Shown here one piece after another: positions 10,150-22,127 of a stretch of DNA of 64,000 nucleotides. A model generated the notes under the pieces. That model saw nothing but the letters and a program-made list of their open reading frames with translations. It ran no database searches and was not told the DNA's origin. Source of the stretch: the human T2T-CHM13v2.0 reference genome, Homo sapiens; the NCBI RefSeq assembly GCF_009914755.1, contig NC_060934.1. One strand, written 5' to 3'. The first letter of the stretch is position 1; each line of letters starts with the position of its first letter. Both the position numbers and the translations under genes were made by a program.

Positions 10150-10820
10150 GCAGACGCGCGGCCAGGCGGGGGCTCACCAGATGGAGCGCGGACAGTCCGG
10201 GGCTGGGCGGGCGCCGCGGCGGAGCAGCGCTAACGGGCTCCCTCCCCGGGCGCCCTGGGGCCTTTTTATCCGCCTGCCGCCCGCGGCCCCCCAGCCCCGA
10301 GCTGGCCGCGGAGGAGGCCCCGCAGGCCCCGCCCCGGGCGGGCCTGGAGTCCGCGGGCGCCCCGCCCGGCCTTCCGCGCGGCGCCCCCCGTCGGGACACA
10401 GGCCAGGTGGCGGGGGCGCCCAGCCGCAGCCGGCGGGGCCGGGAAGTCCCGGGGGGCGGGGGGAGCGGGGGGGGGCGGGGGGAGCGGGGGGGCGGCGGGG
10501 GGTCGCGGGGAGCGGAGCTCTCGGGAAAGGGCGGCGCTGGGCCCGCGGCTGTTTTGCAGGGAGGGCCGCGGCGGCCTCGGGAGTCCCTCTCCCAGGCACA
10601 GTTTCCTCTTTTGCAGAACAAGGTAATGACGCCCACCTAGAGTCCCAGTCTGTGAGTCCTGGTGGGTGCCAGGGCCCCCGGCACAGCACCCTTCGCACGG
10701 GAGCGCCCGGCTGTCACAGGGGCCGAATCTCACGAGCTCGGTCACTTAGGACAATGTAGACGCCCTTTCTGGGAGGCCGGGGCTCAGTTCAGAGAGGTCG
10801 AGGTGGCGCGGTGCAGCGGT
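10150..10820. promoter_or_regulatory. LOXL4: LOXL4 CpG-island promoter
   Basis: Very high GC and CpG density. TATA-like tttttatc at 10263-10270, GC boxes, EGR-type GCGGGGGCG at 10410-10418, kappaB-type GGGAAGTCCC at 10441-10450, G-run tract at 10451-10510. Confidence 0.9.
10178..10240 (-). other. LOXL4: LOXL4 non-coding exon 1 (TSS approximate)
   Basis: Donor CTG|gtgagc at 10172-10177 inside the CpG island. TATA-like GATAAAAA lies about 25-30 nt upstream on the minus strand. No upstream ATG in the inferred 5'UTR. Confidence 0.8.
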
Positions 10821-11314
10821 GCTCTCCTGCAGGAACAGGCGAGTCACCCAGAGTTTACTGAATACCGCCCCCCACCCCCCGCCCTCCGTGTGAAACTCTG
10901 CGCTGCCCATTGTGCAGCTGGGAACACTGAGCCCCAGGCGACATAACTTGCTCCTCCAGGCAATACACAGTGAATGGGAGAACCCCTTCACAGAGCTGAA
11001 TGATGCAGTCCTGGCCCTTGTCAGACTCACGGGAGGAGGGTGTTAGTGCAGGGAGCAGGGACTGTAGAATTAAAGAAATGTGGACATGGCTGACAGAGAG
11101 GAGTCCCATCAGCTGAACTGAGCACCTAGGTGCCTGAACCCCAGTCCAAGCCCCCAGTTTCTTTCCCCTAGACCTGGTCCTGCCCTTAGCCTCACTGGCC
11201 CCATCTGTAAAATGGGCAGAGGGTTCCAGCCTCCCGGTTTCCTCCCTAGGCCCACAGCTGCCCAACCTGGTTCCCCCTCTTGCCCCCACCTTGCCTAAAC
11301 GTCCTTCCAAAGGT

Positions 11315-11460
11315 TCATTCATCCCACAAGCCTTTATTGATTTTCTCCTACATGCTAGACAGGGTGCTGGAGTGCTAGACGCTGGAGGGGGCCTTCCCAG
11401 TCTGGTGGGGGAGGCAGATGTGCAAGTAAGAATAAGCCTGGACAGGCAGAGTGTGATAGA
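11315..11460 (-). mobile_element. L2 3' fragment
   Basis: ttcattcatcccacaagcctttattgattttctcctacatgctagacagggtgctgg. Confidence 0.5.
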
Positions 11461-14400
11461 GCTAGGATGTCAAGATGGACCTTTTCGATCCTGGGTGACA
11501 GCCAGGTCTTAATGACCCTGCTGCCAGGGACCTGCCATCCACTCCTGGCTGCCCGTGTCCAAGATGTCCCCCCAGTGCCCCTGCCCCACCCCAGCTGGGC
11601 CCAAAACATTCCCCATGATGAATCAGCAGGAAAGAATGCTCCCAGCCTCGGGTCAGTGGCAGCAGCCCAGCTCCTCCCCCAGGGACAATGAGGCAGCTGT
11701 GGGCTTGGGTGCCAGGTATGCCTAAGCCCTCTCCTAGGGCCCAGCCACCTCTCATGCTGAGCCAGAAGCAACACAGAGGGTTCGGAAACGTGGGCTCTGC
11801 CTGCTGCCAATCACTCACCAGGCCTGGCTGCCCAGAACTAAAAATACCCTGGAGCGCAGGGGCGGGTGGAGGATAGAGACCAGGGAATGAATGGATGTTG
11901 CCCGGAAGTCCTTTAATTTGCACAACTCTGGGCAGAGGCCAAGGCTGGGAAGCAGTGGAAGTGGGGATCTCTAAGGCATGCGCTGTGAGCCCCCAACCCT
12001 GAGAAGTGAGGGGCTCTGGTCCCAGCCCCAGCCCATGGCGTACTAACAGTGGGATTTTCTCGGCTGAGTTGTCATCTCCTCATCCTTAAATGTGATTGCT
12101 GTAGGGGTCAGATGGGACCACTGGATTCATCTCAATCAGCTTTCATTTGATTGAGAAAGCCCTCTTCTTCCCTCCTGCCTGGCTATGTTCACCCGGCCTC
12201 AGCCCAGCGCCTGTGACCCTCTCCATACTCTTTATATAATGGTCTGTGTCTGCCTTAACTCTGGACACCCCCACCCACCCCCGAGCTTCTTATTTATCTC
12301 TAAACCCAGATCCTGTCACAGAGCTTGACACATAGCAAGTGCTCCAGAAGTGCTCACGGATTGAATAAATGGACCTAGCGGTGCGTGCCAGTTTCTGGTC
12401 CCCAAGGTGATACAGACAAGCCAGAGGTGCTTCCTATCTTGTCCTCAAGGAATTTGCAGAGTGGTGGGGGAGACAGAGCCACAATCAACCAGCAGGACAA
12501 GGCATCATCACCATTATCATCATCATGGCTGGCTGGGGTCGAAAAACCGGTGGACAATGCTTTCATCATCTCCTGTTTACACAATGAAACTGGGACACAA
12601 AGGGGTTAAGTGACTTGGCCAACATCACACAGCTGTTATCTGCAGATGGGAGCAAGTGATCAATGACGGCGAAAGCACAGGGCTGTGTGGATGCTGGGCA
12701 GGGAAGTCTGAGGGTTGAAGCCTTCCCAGAAGTGCCTTGGAAGGTGGATCTGATACACTGGGTAGAGAGGGGGGAAAGTGGAGTGGTCAGGAATAACACT
12801 TTACGATGTTGTGGAAGCCGTGAAGCACCATGCAGGTGTCTGGAGTTACCGCAGCTCCCCTGATCCCTCAGCCAGTACCCAGGGACTTGGATGTGTAAGC
12901 ATCACCTCTCCCTGCCTCCTCCCAGGGAAAGGAGCTAACATGAATCTCTTCCCCATGGGGTGCTTCTCAACCCTCCCTTCCTGCCTAAGTCAGGGTCTGT
13001 ACTTTCCTCCCAAGTGGGAAGGCCAGAATCTCCTGCAGAAAGCGGTGGCCTCCAGGGTGCACCTGGTTGAACCTAGTAGTGACCCTGGTGGAGTGCCCAG
13101 TGCCCATGCCTGCTGGCAAACTTCCTCCTCAGCAGCCTTCAGGACTCAGTTCTAGCCTCATCTCCTCTGTGACTCAGTATGGAGGAAACTGTACAGCTTT
13201 AAAACTGGGCAACCTGAGTTCTAGCTCTGCTTCTGAATTGTGTGGCCTCGGGTAAGTTATTTTGCTGTGCCTAAGGTACTGCCTCCTGCATCTATTTGTC
13301 CTGCCGTTGCATTCCTGCCTCCTCTAACACTCAGTGCTGTGGCAACAGCCCCCAAACTGCTCTCAGTTTTTCCCTGCATCTCACTGTTCCTGACGTCAGT
13401 CTTTCTAAAGTGTTGTCTTGCTCTAGCTCAAGAATCTTTAATTGCTCACTACTGCCCACAGGAGAGAAGGAATCTCCAGTTGCCTCTACTCACTTCATTT
13501 TCCATATTCTACCTACCCTTCAGGCCTAACTCCGATTCCAACTCCTCCGTGATATCTCCCATGAAAACTTGCATGAATGCTCTCAAAGTAGAAGGTGCTG
13601 GAAGAGTCACAGAGCCAAACCAGACACAGTGTTTGCCCTCAAGGAGCTCACTGTCTAGTGAGAGAGATGACTCAAAGACATAGCTTGATGGAACGTAGAC
13701 TGTAATAACAGAAAGTAGGACAAATGGGGAGAACAAGCCATTTTGGCCAAGGACAGGCTTCTCCTTTGTTGAGAGCTGTTTATCCAGAAACAGGGCTTTT
13801 GTTCAGGGAGAGGATGGGAGCTGAGAGGGTTTTGTAAGATCATGAAGTTGGGGAAGTGGGGAGGGTGGATCTAGGAAGCCTGGAGGGGCTAGTCAAGGAT
13901 ACGGTTTCTAGGGAGAAAGGAGAGATGAGCTGGTTGCAGTAAGGAGAGGAAATTTGGCGGAAGAGCAGAGCTGGTTAAAAAGAAATTCTAGGAAGTTTGG
14001 GTTTGTGATAGGCAAAGTCACCCTCTCCCCTGTTCTGTGAAAGCTTCAGAAACCCCGCATAAGTCAATCAAGTTTGGAGCTGGACAGGCCCACCCCAGCA
14101 TTTGCAGGGCCCAGGGCAAGACTCAAGGGAGGCCTTATGCCATGAGTCAAGTATTTTAAAGCCATCAACCAAATGAATCCATTGTTAAGTCAATCATGGT
14201 CTAGCCTCCCACCTTGACAAATATACCTTTGGAAAGACCTGGAAGGTCAGGTTTGCATTCACAACTTTCCACTCCTCGGAGTTCTGTATGGAACACGCTA
14301 TGACAAGAGTGTCTGCCTCTGGCCTTGCACCCTGGTGTGTCCGTCCGCACCATATTCTGCCCATCCCACACAGCAAGGGGCCTTCTGCTGTGACAGACAT

Positions 14401-16293
14401 GCAACACCGTCGGCTCTGTGCAGACCTCCCACAGACAGCTGTCCTGTGGCTGCCCCATGCCTGGGTGCACACTCTGGCACAGGCACAGGCTGCACTCAAG
14501 AGGAAGGTCTAGAAGTGGGCTCTGGCCTCCTGGGCAAAGAATTCCAAGAGCATGGGTTTGAAAATCGAGTGGAAGTTCCTCCTTGCCCTGTGACGGGGGG
14601 TGGGGCGTGGAGGGAGTGTAATTGACAAGGGCCACGGTGATGCCCTCTGTAGCAGGAGGACCAGAGCAGGGACCCTTGCCCAGGTCTAAGGGCAGCATGG
14701 AAGTGGGATTGTGTGTATGTGTGTATGGGGCGGGGAGAGGATGTGACGTGAAGGTGGGAATGTGGCTCAGAGGTGGGCCCTGGGGGAGAGTGAGGGGGCT
14801 ACTCAGTCACTGAGCCTCCTTAGGGTCACACACAATGCTCCATGGCTGAAAGAGAGGAGAGGATGCCCCCAGTGCGGCGAGTGGGCGAGGCGGGAGAGGA
14901 AGGCAGAGGCATTTGGTCTGGGCTCAGGTCGAAGATGCTGGCAGGGAGAGGGTTGAAGGGGGAGCAGCCCAGCCAGGTTACCTTTAGAGAGCTGCGAGCC
15001 ACCTGAGCAAGGGCCTTAGCTTGGCAGGTAGGAGGGGCCGCTGCAGCTTTCCGAGAGGGTTGGGGTAGGAGTGGGATTTGGTTAGAGTTGGGCTACAGGA
15101 ATCTTAATCTTGCCAGGTACTGTCCTGAGCTGGTTTAACGCTTCACAGTCATAACTTTTTGTAGGAGGTGGGGGGGACAGGAACTGATAAGGGTGTTGGG
15201 GTGAGGGGACAGGAAGGAGTTTAATAAGCTCTAAGCTACTGAAAGGCAGAGAATAGGACTCAGATTCCCCACTTCCACCTCCAGGAATGCCAGCACAAAT
15301 GCCCTGAATTCCCAGAGAAGTTTGGACTTTGTAAGATCAATCGCTCAACACACATTTCTTCCCCAGAGTCTCTTCCTGCCCCTCAGGAAGACACATGATG
15401 TCACCCCATTTCTCATATGTAACTCCTCCTTGCCTGGGGAAGCTCAGTGTCCTGGCTCTCCTCTCCCCCTCCTCCTCCTCCTCTTCCTCTCTCCTCTCAG
15501 GACCTCTTCCTGCCCTGCTGCCTTCCCCACCTTCTCCCCTCTCCGTCCTGGCCACACACCCTTTCTAAACTCACCTCCAACCACTCTCCAGTTCTCTTAA
15601 GAATATATCTCCCCCTGCCAATTTCCCTCTTCCCCCTGCACCCCCAGTGCCACCTGCAGAACCCCGCTTTCCCTGTCTCAGCAGCTGGACACAGGCGCAG
15701 CGCCTGGATGTGCTTCTATTCAGGTAAATTAAAGTCATAAGTTCTGGGGGGAAATGAGGCGGAATGAAGACTCAGTGCCACAGCCACGCAGCCCCGGAGG
15801 TCCCTTCGGGAGCTCATGCAAGTCTGCACCAACCTTCTCACTTGCCAGTAATTGAACCCCTTTTTCCTTAAGCAACACCAGACAAGTTAAATTAAAAGAC
15901 ATTTCTTATTCTATGCTGTTTTCCTGGGTCCTTTAAAGCCACTGGTGTAGTAACTGTGTTGCATCTCCCATGGTGGATGAGGTCAACAGGCCTTAGTGGG
16001 CTAGCCTGGGAACTTCCCAGGCTACAATGTTCTCTTCGCAGGAGAACAATGTTCTTCCTAGCCCAGGGTTTTGCTTCTTCTTGGCCCCTTTGGGAAGATC
16101 ACTGACTATTTGAGGGCATAGCCAAACTGAATGCTTAAGTGTTAGGAGCCACTCCCAACCCTAAATCCACTATTTGTGAATTATGTCTGGAATTAATTGA
16201 TATTCCATGGGAAATAATTTCAGGAACAGAGGTATTGATTAAAGAGAGGTACACGTGAACTTAACACAGATATCTTCAGTCTTGTATCATCTT

Positions 16294-16622
16294 AGTTTTT
16301 CTTTTCTTTTTCTTTTTCTTTTTTTTTTTTTTTTTTTTAGATGAAGTCTTGCTCTGTCACCCAGGCTGGAGTGCGGTGGTGTGATCTTGGCTTACTGCAA
16401 ACTTCCCCTCCCAGGTTCAAGCGATTCTCCTGCTGCAGCCTCCTTGGGTAGCTGGGATTACAGGTCTATGCCACTGTGTCCGGCTAATTTTTGTATTATT
16501 AGTAGAGATGGGTTTTCACCATGTTGGCCAGGCTGGTCTTGAACTCCTGATATCAAGTGATCTGCCCTCCTCGACCTCCCAAAGTGCTGGGATTACAGGC
16601 GTGAGCCACTATGCCTGACCCG
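16294..16622 (-). mobile_element. AluS (Sx/Sz-like)
   Basis: Full Alu with poly-T. TSD gtcttgtat(c/t)atctt at 16279-16293 and 16623-16637. Confidence 0.95.
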
Positions 16623-17117
16623 GTCTTGTATTATCTTGCATTTTGGTTTGTTGATGTAGAGCTTTGTAAACATTTCAAAGACTCTTTGTTAGGAATTGGT
16701 TTTATCTACCAGCCAGAATGTATGATCATTCAAGACTGGGACTGACAGATTCCAAAGGTTAATTTTCATGTAACCAGCTCATCTTTAGCTTCCAGGAACC
16801 GCGAAGGGATAGACAAGAGCTGTCCTGGTGGGGAATTCCCTTGACCTGACTTGGAGGGGCAGAGAGGCAGGGGACCTGACACAGAGGTCAAGGGAGATCC
16901 CTGGATCAAGCAGGACCTAAGCCAAGACCAGAGCCAGAGAGCCAGGAGCGAGATGTAGAGCCATTGGCATCAAAGTGTTATCAAAGTCCAAGCAAGAAGT
17001 CAGGACTGAGGGTGGAAAGGAGAAGGACAAGCCCTGTCAGAAGCCAGGGCTCAGTCTGATGAACCTGTTCAGATGCCACCAGACAGAGCAGGAGGGCAGC
17101 AGAGCAACCCCCACTTC

Positions 17118-17317
17118 TAGTCCAGCGGCTCTTTGAGTGTGGTCCTGGATCAGCACCATCAGCATGGCCCAGGACTGTGTTTGAAATGCCAATTCTTAGG
17201 CCCCACTGCAGAGCCACTGAATCAGAAACCTGGTGGCGATGGGGCCCAGCATCTGTGTTCTAACACATCCTCCAGATAATTCTAATGCCTGCTATCATCT
17301 GAGAACCTCTTTTCTAG
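17118..17317. mobile_element. MER5A-like hAT-Charlie DNA transposon relic
   Basis: gtgtggtcc...cagcatggcccagg...aattcttaggccccac...ctgaatcagaaac...ggcccagcatctgtgttctaaca...tgagaacc, with tctag-like flanks. Confidence 0.75.
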
Positions 17318-18043
17318 ACCACACCTTTGGACAATGTTTGGTCTGACAGAGTCTGGAGCCCTGCAGGTGCAATTATCCTTGGAGTCCCAGACCTGTCTGG
17401 CAGGCAGGGGCCCTCTTGCATTCTGAGGAACCTCTTCCACAGATGTCAGGCTGAGTTTTGGGGAAGCACAGTTTTTGGGAAGCACGGCCTTCTACATCTC
17501 AGTTATTTCCAAATGGGTTCCAACCTCTTCATGTGGAGTGGGAGAGCCATGTTCTGCTTAGAGTTCTATAAGGACCTCCATTTCCCCAAGGAGCCCATCA
17601 TTGTGGTGGTGGGAATTCCTCTTGTTGTCTTCAGGGGGCCCTACCTTTGCTGGGTCAGGAAGGGGAGGTCAGGCCAACATCTAGATTCTGACAGAATCTT
17701 CCTGCATGACGGGAATTTCAACATCTATTCAACAACACAAAAGTCAGTGCCACTGTGAACATCAGACTGAAGTCTGAGATCTTCCCGGAGACCAGCTGGC
17801 CAAAAGATGTCATTGATGCCTAGCTCTGGGCAGGCAGAAGAGACCCGGAGCCTGTTACAAACGCCTTCTCCTTCTTCTTGGAGTTGGTTCTGGCTTTCAT
17901 AATTCACAGTGGATCCAGAGTTGCAGAGATAATTCTTAGTCTTGGGCCATTCTGGATATATCATTCTTCATCATAGACCATTCTGGATACGTCTTTGTGG
18001 CCAAAAAAGAGTTAAATAGCTGCAAGGTTGTTGATTTGTTTAC

Positions 18044-18223
18044 AAAAAAGAAGAAGAAGAAGAAGAAGAAGAAGAAGAAGAAGAAGAAGAAGAAGAAGAA
18101 GAAGAAGAAGAAGAAGAAAGGAGAGGAAGAAGAGGAAGAGGAAGAAGAGGAAGAGGAGGAAAAGGAAGAAGAAGAAGAAGAAGAAGAAGAAGAAGAAGAA
18201 GAAGAAGAAGAAGAAGAAGAAAA
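18044..18223. repeat. Compound GAA repeat: (GAA)23, GAG/GAA linker, (GAA)19
   Basis: Counted directly: GAA units at 18050-18118 and 18165-18221. The 180-nt tract has no pyrimidine on the plus strand. Confidence 0.97.
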
Positions 18224-19513
18224 CTGCTCAGAAAGGACAAGAAAAGCTTCATTTCCTAGCCATTAACTGAAAACCACCTTTCTTAGGACAGGTTGACCTC
18301 TAAAGTGTTGACTGATCCATCCAGAAAAAAATGTAGATAAATGATGTCTCTTTTTAGCATTTCATACCAATAAACAAGGTGGGAAAGAAGGAATTTCACC
18401 AAGATATCAGCAGAAACATAACTTTGGAGGAGAAATAATTTCCTCTTCATTACCAGTTAATGAAAACAAGCTTCTGCCCACCAGCACTCTGAATTGCCGT
18501 CACTGTGGTGAGGTGGTGTGACAGGAACTTGGGGTAACGCCTTAGGCCTCTGGCAAGGATTCTTACATCAGAGCTAATAGGTGAATGTGTCTCATTCAAG
18601 GTGGGTGCTGCTCTGTGCTAAGTCTTGGGCATGGAGCCATTGTATCTGTACAGAAAACACTTGACTAGGCACCATGGGGACACCAAGAGAGAAAGACCCG
18701 GATCCTGCCCTCGGTTTAAGTCATGGATTATGTTCATATCACTATATGAATTACATAAACCAGTGAAATCTATTTGTATAGATGAGATCATTCATTCGCT
18801 TATTCATTCAGCACATATTTATGGAGCACCCATGATTTATGTAGCCACTTTGGGGGTCCAGAAAAGTCAACATAACCCAAGTTTCCCAGGCTCCAGGACA
18901 GTGCTGGGGTCACACTAATGATAATGGCCATACTTTCTGGTTCTTCTCTCTACTATTCAGTGAGCGCTTCTAGCACCATGCCCCCCACCCACTGCTCCAG
19001 TCAAATTCTCACTCAGTTTGCATCTAGGAGTTTTCAAGCGTGGCCAGCATGTACTCATAAAGCAGGCTGTAAGCCACGGTTAGATTGCAGCATCTTCCAT
19101 AATCTTCCCACCCAGCTTTGCACCCTCCCCTCCCCAACCCTTGATGTTCATTACCTAAGAAGCTTTGTAAAAAAACTTTTCAAGTATTTGTGGCTAGTGC
19201 CCACTGCAAAAATTGCTGCTGTCCACGCCAGGGGGTTAGCAGCTCCTAAAGCTGCCACCTCTCAAGGCACAGAACAGTGCTACCTTTCCTCTGTAATGAG
19301 GAAAATGCCTGACTCCACCCTGTTCTACAGTGTGCCATCTGTACTCTATTCTGTTCCATTGGCCTACAGTCTGTTTCTTCACCAGTATCACACCATGTTG
19401 GTTATTATAGTTCCATGTAAGTCTTACATCAGAATGTGTGAGTCCTCCAACTTGATTCTTTTTCAAAATTGCTTTGTTTATTCTAGCTCCTTTGCCTTTC
19501 CATATATATTTTA

Positions 19514-19816
19514 TTTGTTTATTTATTTATTTTTAAGACAAAGTCTCACTCTGTCACCCAGGCTAGAGTGCAATGGTGCAAGCTTGGCTCACTGCAACCT
19601 CTGCCTCCTGAGTTCAAGCAATTCTCCTGCCTCAGCCTCCCGAGTAGCTGGGGCAACAGGTGTGTGCCACCACACCCAACTAGTTTTTGTATTTTTAGTA
19701 GAGATGGGGTTTTGCCATGTTGGCCAGGCTGGTCCTGAACTCTTGACCTGAAGTGTTCCGCTCACCTCAGCCTCCCAAAGTGCTGGGATTACAGGCGTGA
19801 GTCACCACACCCAGCC
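19514..19816 (-). mobile_element. AluS nested in L1
   Basis: Alu dimer. TSD tccatata(t/c)atttta on both sides. Confidence 0.93.
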
Positions 19817-21089
19817 TCCATATACATTTTAGAATGTCTTTCCATATATATATTTCAGCCTGTCAATTTATTTAAAAAAAAAACCTGCTGGGATTTTCAT
19901 TGGGATTACACTGAATTCATAGATGAGTTTGAGGAGAGATGACATTTTAAGAAAATTGGGTCTTCCAATTCATAACCAAAGTTTAGTCTTTGATTTCTTT
20001 AATCAGTGATTTGTAGTTTTCAGCATAAAGATTCCACACAAAACATAATTTTTTTAGACTTATGCCTGAGTATTACATATTTTGGTAATATTGTAAATGG
20101 TGCTTAAAATTTTTAAAAATTTCTGATTGGTTATTGCTAGTACCTAAAAATACAATCGATTTCTTTTGTATTGACTGTATATTTTCTGTGAAATTGCTAA
20201 ATTCATTTCTAGTAACTCGTATTTTCCTTGGACTTTTCTACATAGAAAAGCGTGTTATCTGTGACTAGAAACAGTTTTATTTCACTTTTCCCACTAATGT
20301 GCCTTTCATGTCTTTTCCTTGCCTGATTGCACTTTCCAGGCCCTCAAGTATAAAGATGAGAAGGAAGGACAGCGAACGTCCCCATCTTGCTCTCAATCTT
20401 AAGGGAAAAGCTTTCAGTCTTTGACCATTATATATGGATGTTACCTGCAGGTCCATTTCACTTCAGTTGTCAAATTTATGTCTGTAGGGTTATTTATAGC
20501 ACTCTTTCATTATCCTTTTGATGCGTGCAGGGTCTTTAGTTATATCCCTTACTTCATTCCTGATACCAGTAATTTGCGTCTTCTCTCTTTTTCTTTGTCA
20601 GTCTTGATAGAGGACTGTCAATTTTACTGATGTTTTGGAAGAATTGGCTTTTTGTTTTATTGATTTTCTCTATTGTTTTTGTTTTCAATTTCACTGATTT
20701 CTGCTCCTATCTTTATTATTTCTTTCTTCTGTTAAAACTGTGTTTATTGTTTATTTTGTGTTTTTAGGTGCTTAAAGTGGGAAATTAGATGATTAATTTG
20801 AGACTTTCCCTCCTTTTTAATGTAAGTATTTAGTGCTATACATTCTCCTTTCAACACTGCTTTATCTCTATCTCACAAGTTTTGATATGTTGTATTTTCA
20901 TTTTCAAAGCATTTTAAAATTTCCCTTGAGATTTCTTCTGTGATGCATGAATTATTTAGAAGTTTGTTGTTTAATTTCCAAGTGTTTGGATGTTTTTTAG
21001 TTATATTTCTTTTATTGATTTCCATTTGATTCCATTGTGGTCAGATAACACACTCTGTATGATTTAAATTATTTTAAATTTGTTTAGGT

Positions 21090-21405
21090 TTTTGTTTTGT
21101 TTTGTTTTGTTTGTTTTTTGTTTTTGAGACAGAGTCTTGCTCTGTTACCAGGCTGGAGTGCAGTGTGGCGTGATCTTGGCTCACTGCCACCTCCACCTCC
21201 TGGGTTCAAGCGACTCCCCTGCCTCAGCCTCCCGAGTAGCTGGGACTGCAGGTGCACGCCACCATGCCCAGCTAATTTTTTGTATTTTAGTAGAGACGAG
21301 GTTTCACCATGCTGGCCAGGATGGTCTCGATTTCCTGACCTCGTGATCTGCCTGCCTCGACCTCCCAAAGTGCTGGGATTACAGGCATGAGCCCCGTGCC
21401 CAGCC
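21090..21405 (-). mobile_element. AluS (Sc-like) nested in L1
   Basis: caggatggtctcgat...gacctcgtgatc diagnostic and a (TTTTG)n tail. Confidence 0.92.
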
Positions 21406-21484
21406 TGTTAGGTTTGTTTTATGGTCCAGGACACGGTCTAACTTGGTATACTTTCCAGGGACACTTGAAAATAATGTGTATTCT

Positions 21485-21730
21485 CTGCTGGTGGGAATGT
21501 AAACTAGTACAACCACTATGGAAAACAGTGTGGAGATTCCTTAAAGAACTAAAAGTAGAATTACCATTCGATCCAGCAATCCAACTACTGGGTATCTACC
21601 CAGAGGAAAAGGAGTCATTATACGAAAAAGACACTTGCACACACATGTTTATAGCAGCACAATTCACAATTGCAAAAACCTGGAACCAACCCAAATGGCC
21701 ATCGATCAGCAAGTGGTTAGAGAAACTGTG

Positions 21731-21762
<32 letters not shown>

Positions 21763-22127
21763 GATGGAATACTACTTAACTGTAAACAGTAATGAGTTAA
21801 TGGCATTCACAGCAACCTGGATGAGACTGGAGACTATTATGAAGTAACTCAGAAATGGAAAACCAAACATTGTATGTTCTCACTTGTAAGTGGGAGCTAA
21901 GCTTATGAGGATGCAAAGGCATAAGAATGACACAATGAACTTTGGGGACTCAGGGGGAAAGCGTGGCAAGGGAGTGAAGGATAAAAGACTACAAATAGAG
22001 AGCAGTGTATACTGCTTAGGTGATAGATGCACCAAAATCTCACAAATCACAGCTAAAGAACTTACTCATGTAACCAAACATCACCTGTTCACCAATAACC
22101 TATGGAAAAAAATGCGTGACATAAAAA
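21485..22127 (+). mobile_element. 5'-truncated L1PB1-like 3' end
   Basis: L1 3'UTR ...atgaggatgcaaaggcataagaatga...caccaaaatctcacaaatcac. Perfect 18-bp TSD gaaaataatgtgtattct at 21467-21484 and 22128-22145. Confidence 0.9.

Noticed and set aside
9963-10759. Several 160-234 aa ORFs on both strands
   Set aside because: They are a stop-codon-poor CpG-island artefact with low-complexity G/P/R/A translations.
17320-18000. Possible processed pseudogene before the A/GAA tract
   Set aside because: Translations in the frames I read contain stops and match no protein I recognise. No TSD was found. BLASTX would settle it.
17997-18270. Poly-K/E, poly-R/K and poly-L/S ORFs
   Set aside because: These are translations of the GAA repeat.
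18918-19751. 277-aa ORF, the longest in the window
   Set aside because: It runs through antisense L1 and antisense Alu sequence (LSPRLECNG...). It is a chance chimeric frame with no promoter or splice support.
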